Shown here: positions 63,988 through 64,000 of the stretch, piece after piece
How the letters are laid out: each line of letters starts with the position of its first letter
Numbering within the stretch: position 1 is the first letter of the stretch
DNA from: Candidatus Dojkabacteria bacterium
Lineage (GTDB): Bacteria > Patescibacteriota > Dojkabacteria > J137
Length of the DNA: 64,000 nt
Direction: 5' to 3'
NCBI GenBank assembly: GCA_030950485.1
Contig: JAUZRK010000021.1
Coordinates: forward strand, 5,498-69,497
Program-made: the position numbers and the translations under genes
Notes under the pieces: model-generated
Database searches by the model: none
Told to the model about the DNA's origin: nothing
The model's input: the letters and a program-made list of their open reading frames with translations, nothing else

Positions 63988-64000
63988 TCTTCTGGGTCCA

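Noticed and set aside
1-64000. Mobile elements, integrases or prophage borders
   Set aside because: No transposase, integrase or recombinase signatures, and no flanking direct repeats, were seen. The tail-fibre-like repeats sit in a cellular surface gene with a TM anchor, not in a phage structural module.

Overview
This window is low-GC (about 30%) and gene-dense, and looks like a small-genome monoderm bacterium (gene content is CPR/Patescibacteria-like; that lineage call is an inference). Housekeeping genes found and apparently intact: rpoD, rny (RNase Y), parA/parB, a type-2 ileS preceded by a putative T-box leader, fmt, mpg, greA, mltG, ruvX, comF-like, yidC, rplY/ctc, ftsA, an OmpR-family response regulator, and tRNA-Asn(GTT). 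Three things stand out.

(1) A surface locus of about 19.6 kb (41333..60934). It encodes a 1893-aa fibrous repeat protein carrying a recent ~1.5-kb internal tandem duplication, a Lon-type AAA+ ATPase with no protease domain, an orphan receiver domain, and a roughly 10-kb CSLREA / parallel beta-helix giant gene. That giant gene ends in a two-pass membrane anchor with two carboxypeptidase-regulatory-like domains, and is split by at least six frameshifts, one caused by an 8-bp repeat (aatgaatt) present in three copies.

(2) An unusually high density of disrupted genes: five in-frame nonsense codons (4 TAA, 1 TGA) followed by long open continuations, and several frameshift-split genes (two tandem ABC exporters, aldehyde dehydrogenase, a LigT-like 2H phosphoesterase, OGG). 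Core genes are intact. This fits reductive gene decay or, alternatively, assembly errors.

(3) Individual oddities: a heliorhodopsin homolog truncated before the TM7 Schiff-base lysine; a single-chain HEPN-nucleotidyltransferase fusion; two paralogous fusions of a nucleoside-2-deoxyribosyltransferase-like domain with a ribbon-helix-helix domain, next to a thymidylate-synthase-fold protein; a wHTH-NUDIX fusion; and a tRNA-shaped gene whose anticodon arm is a 5-bp stem with a GGAA tetraloop.

No CRISPR array, rRNA, transposase or integrase was seen.
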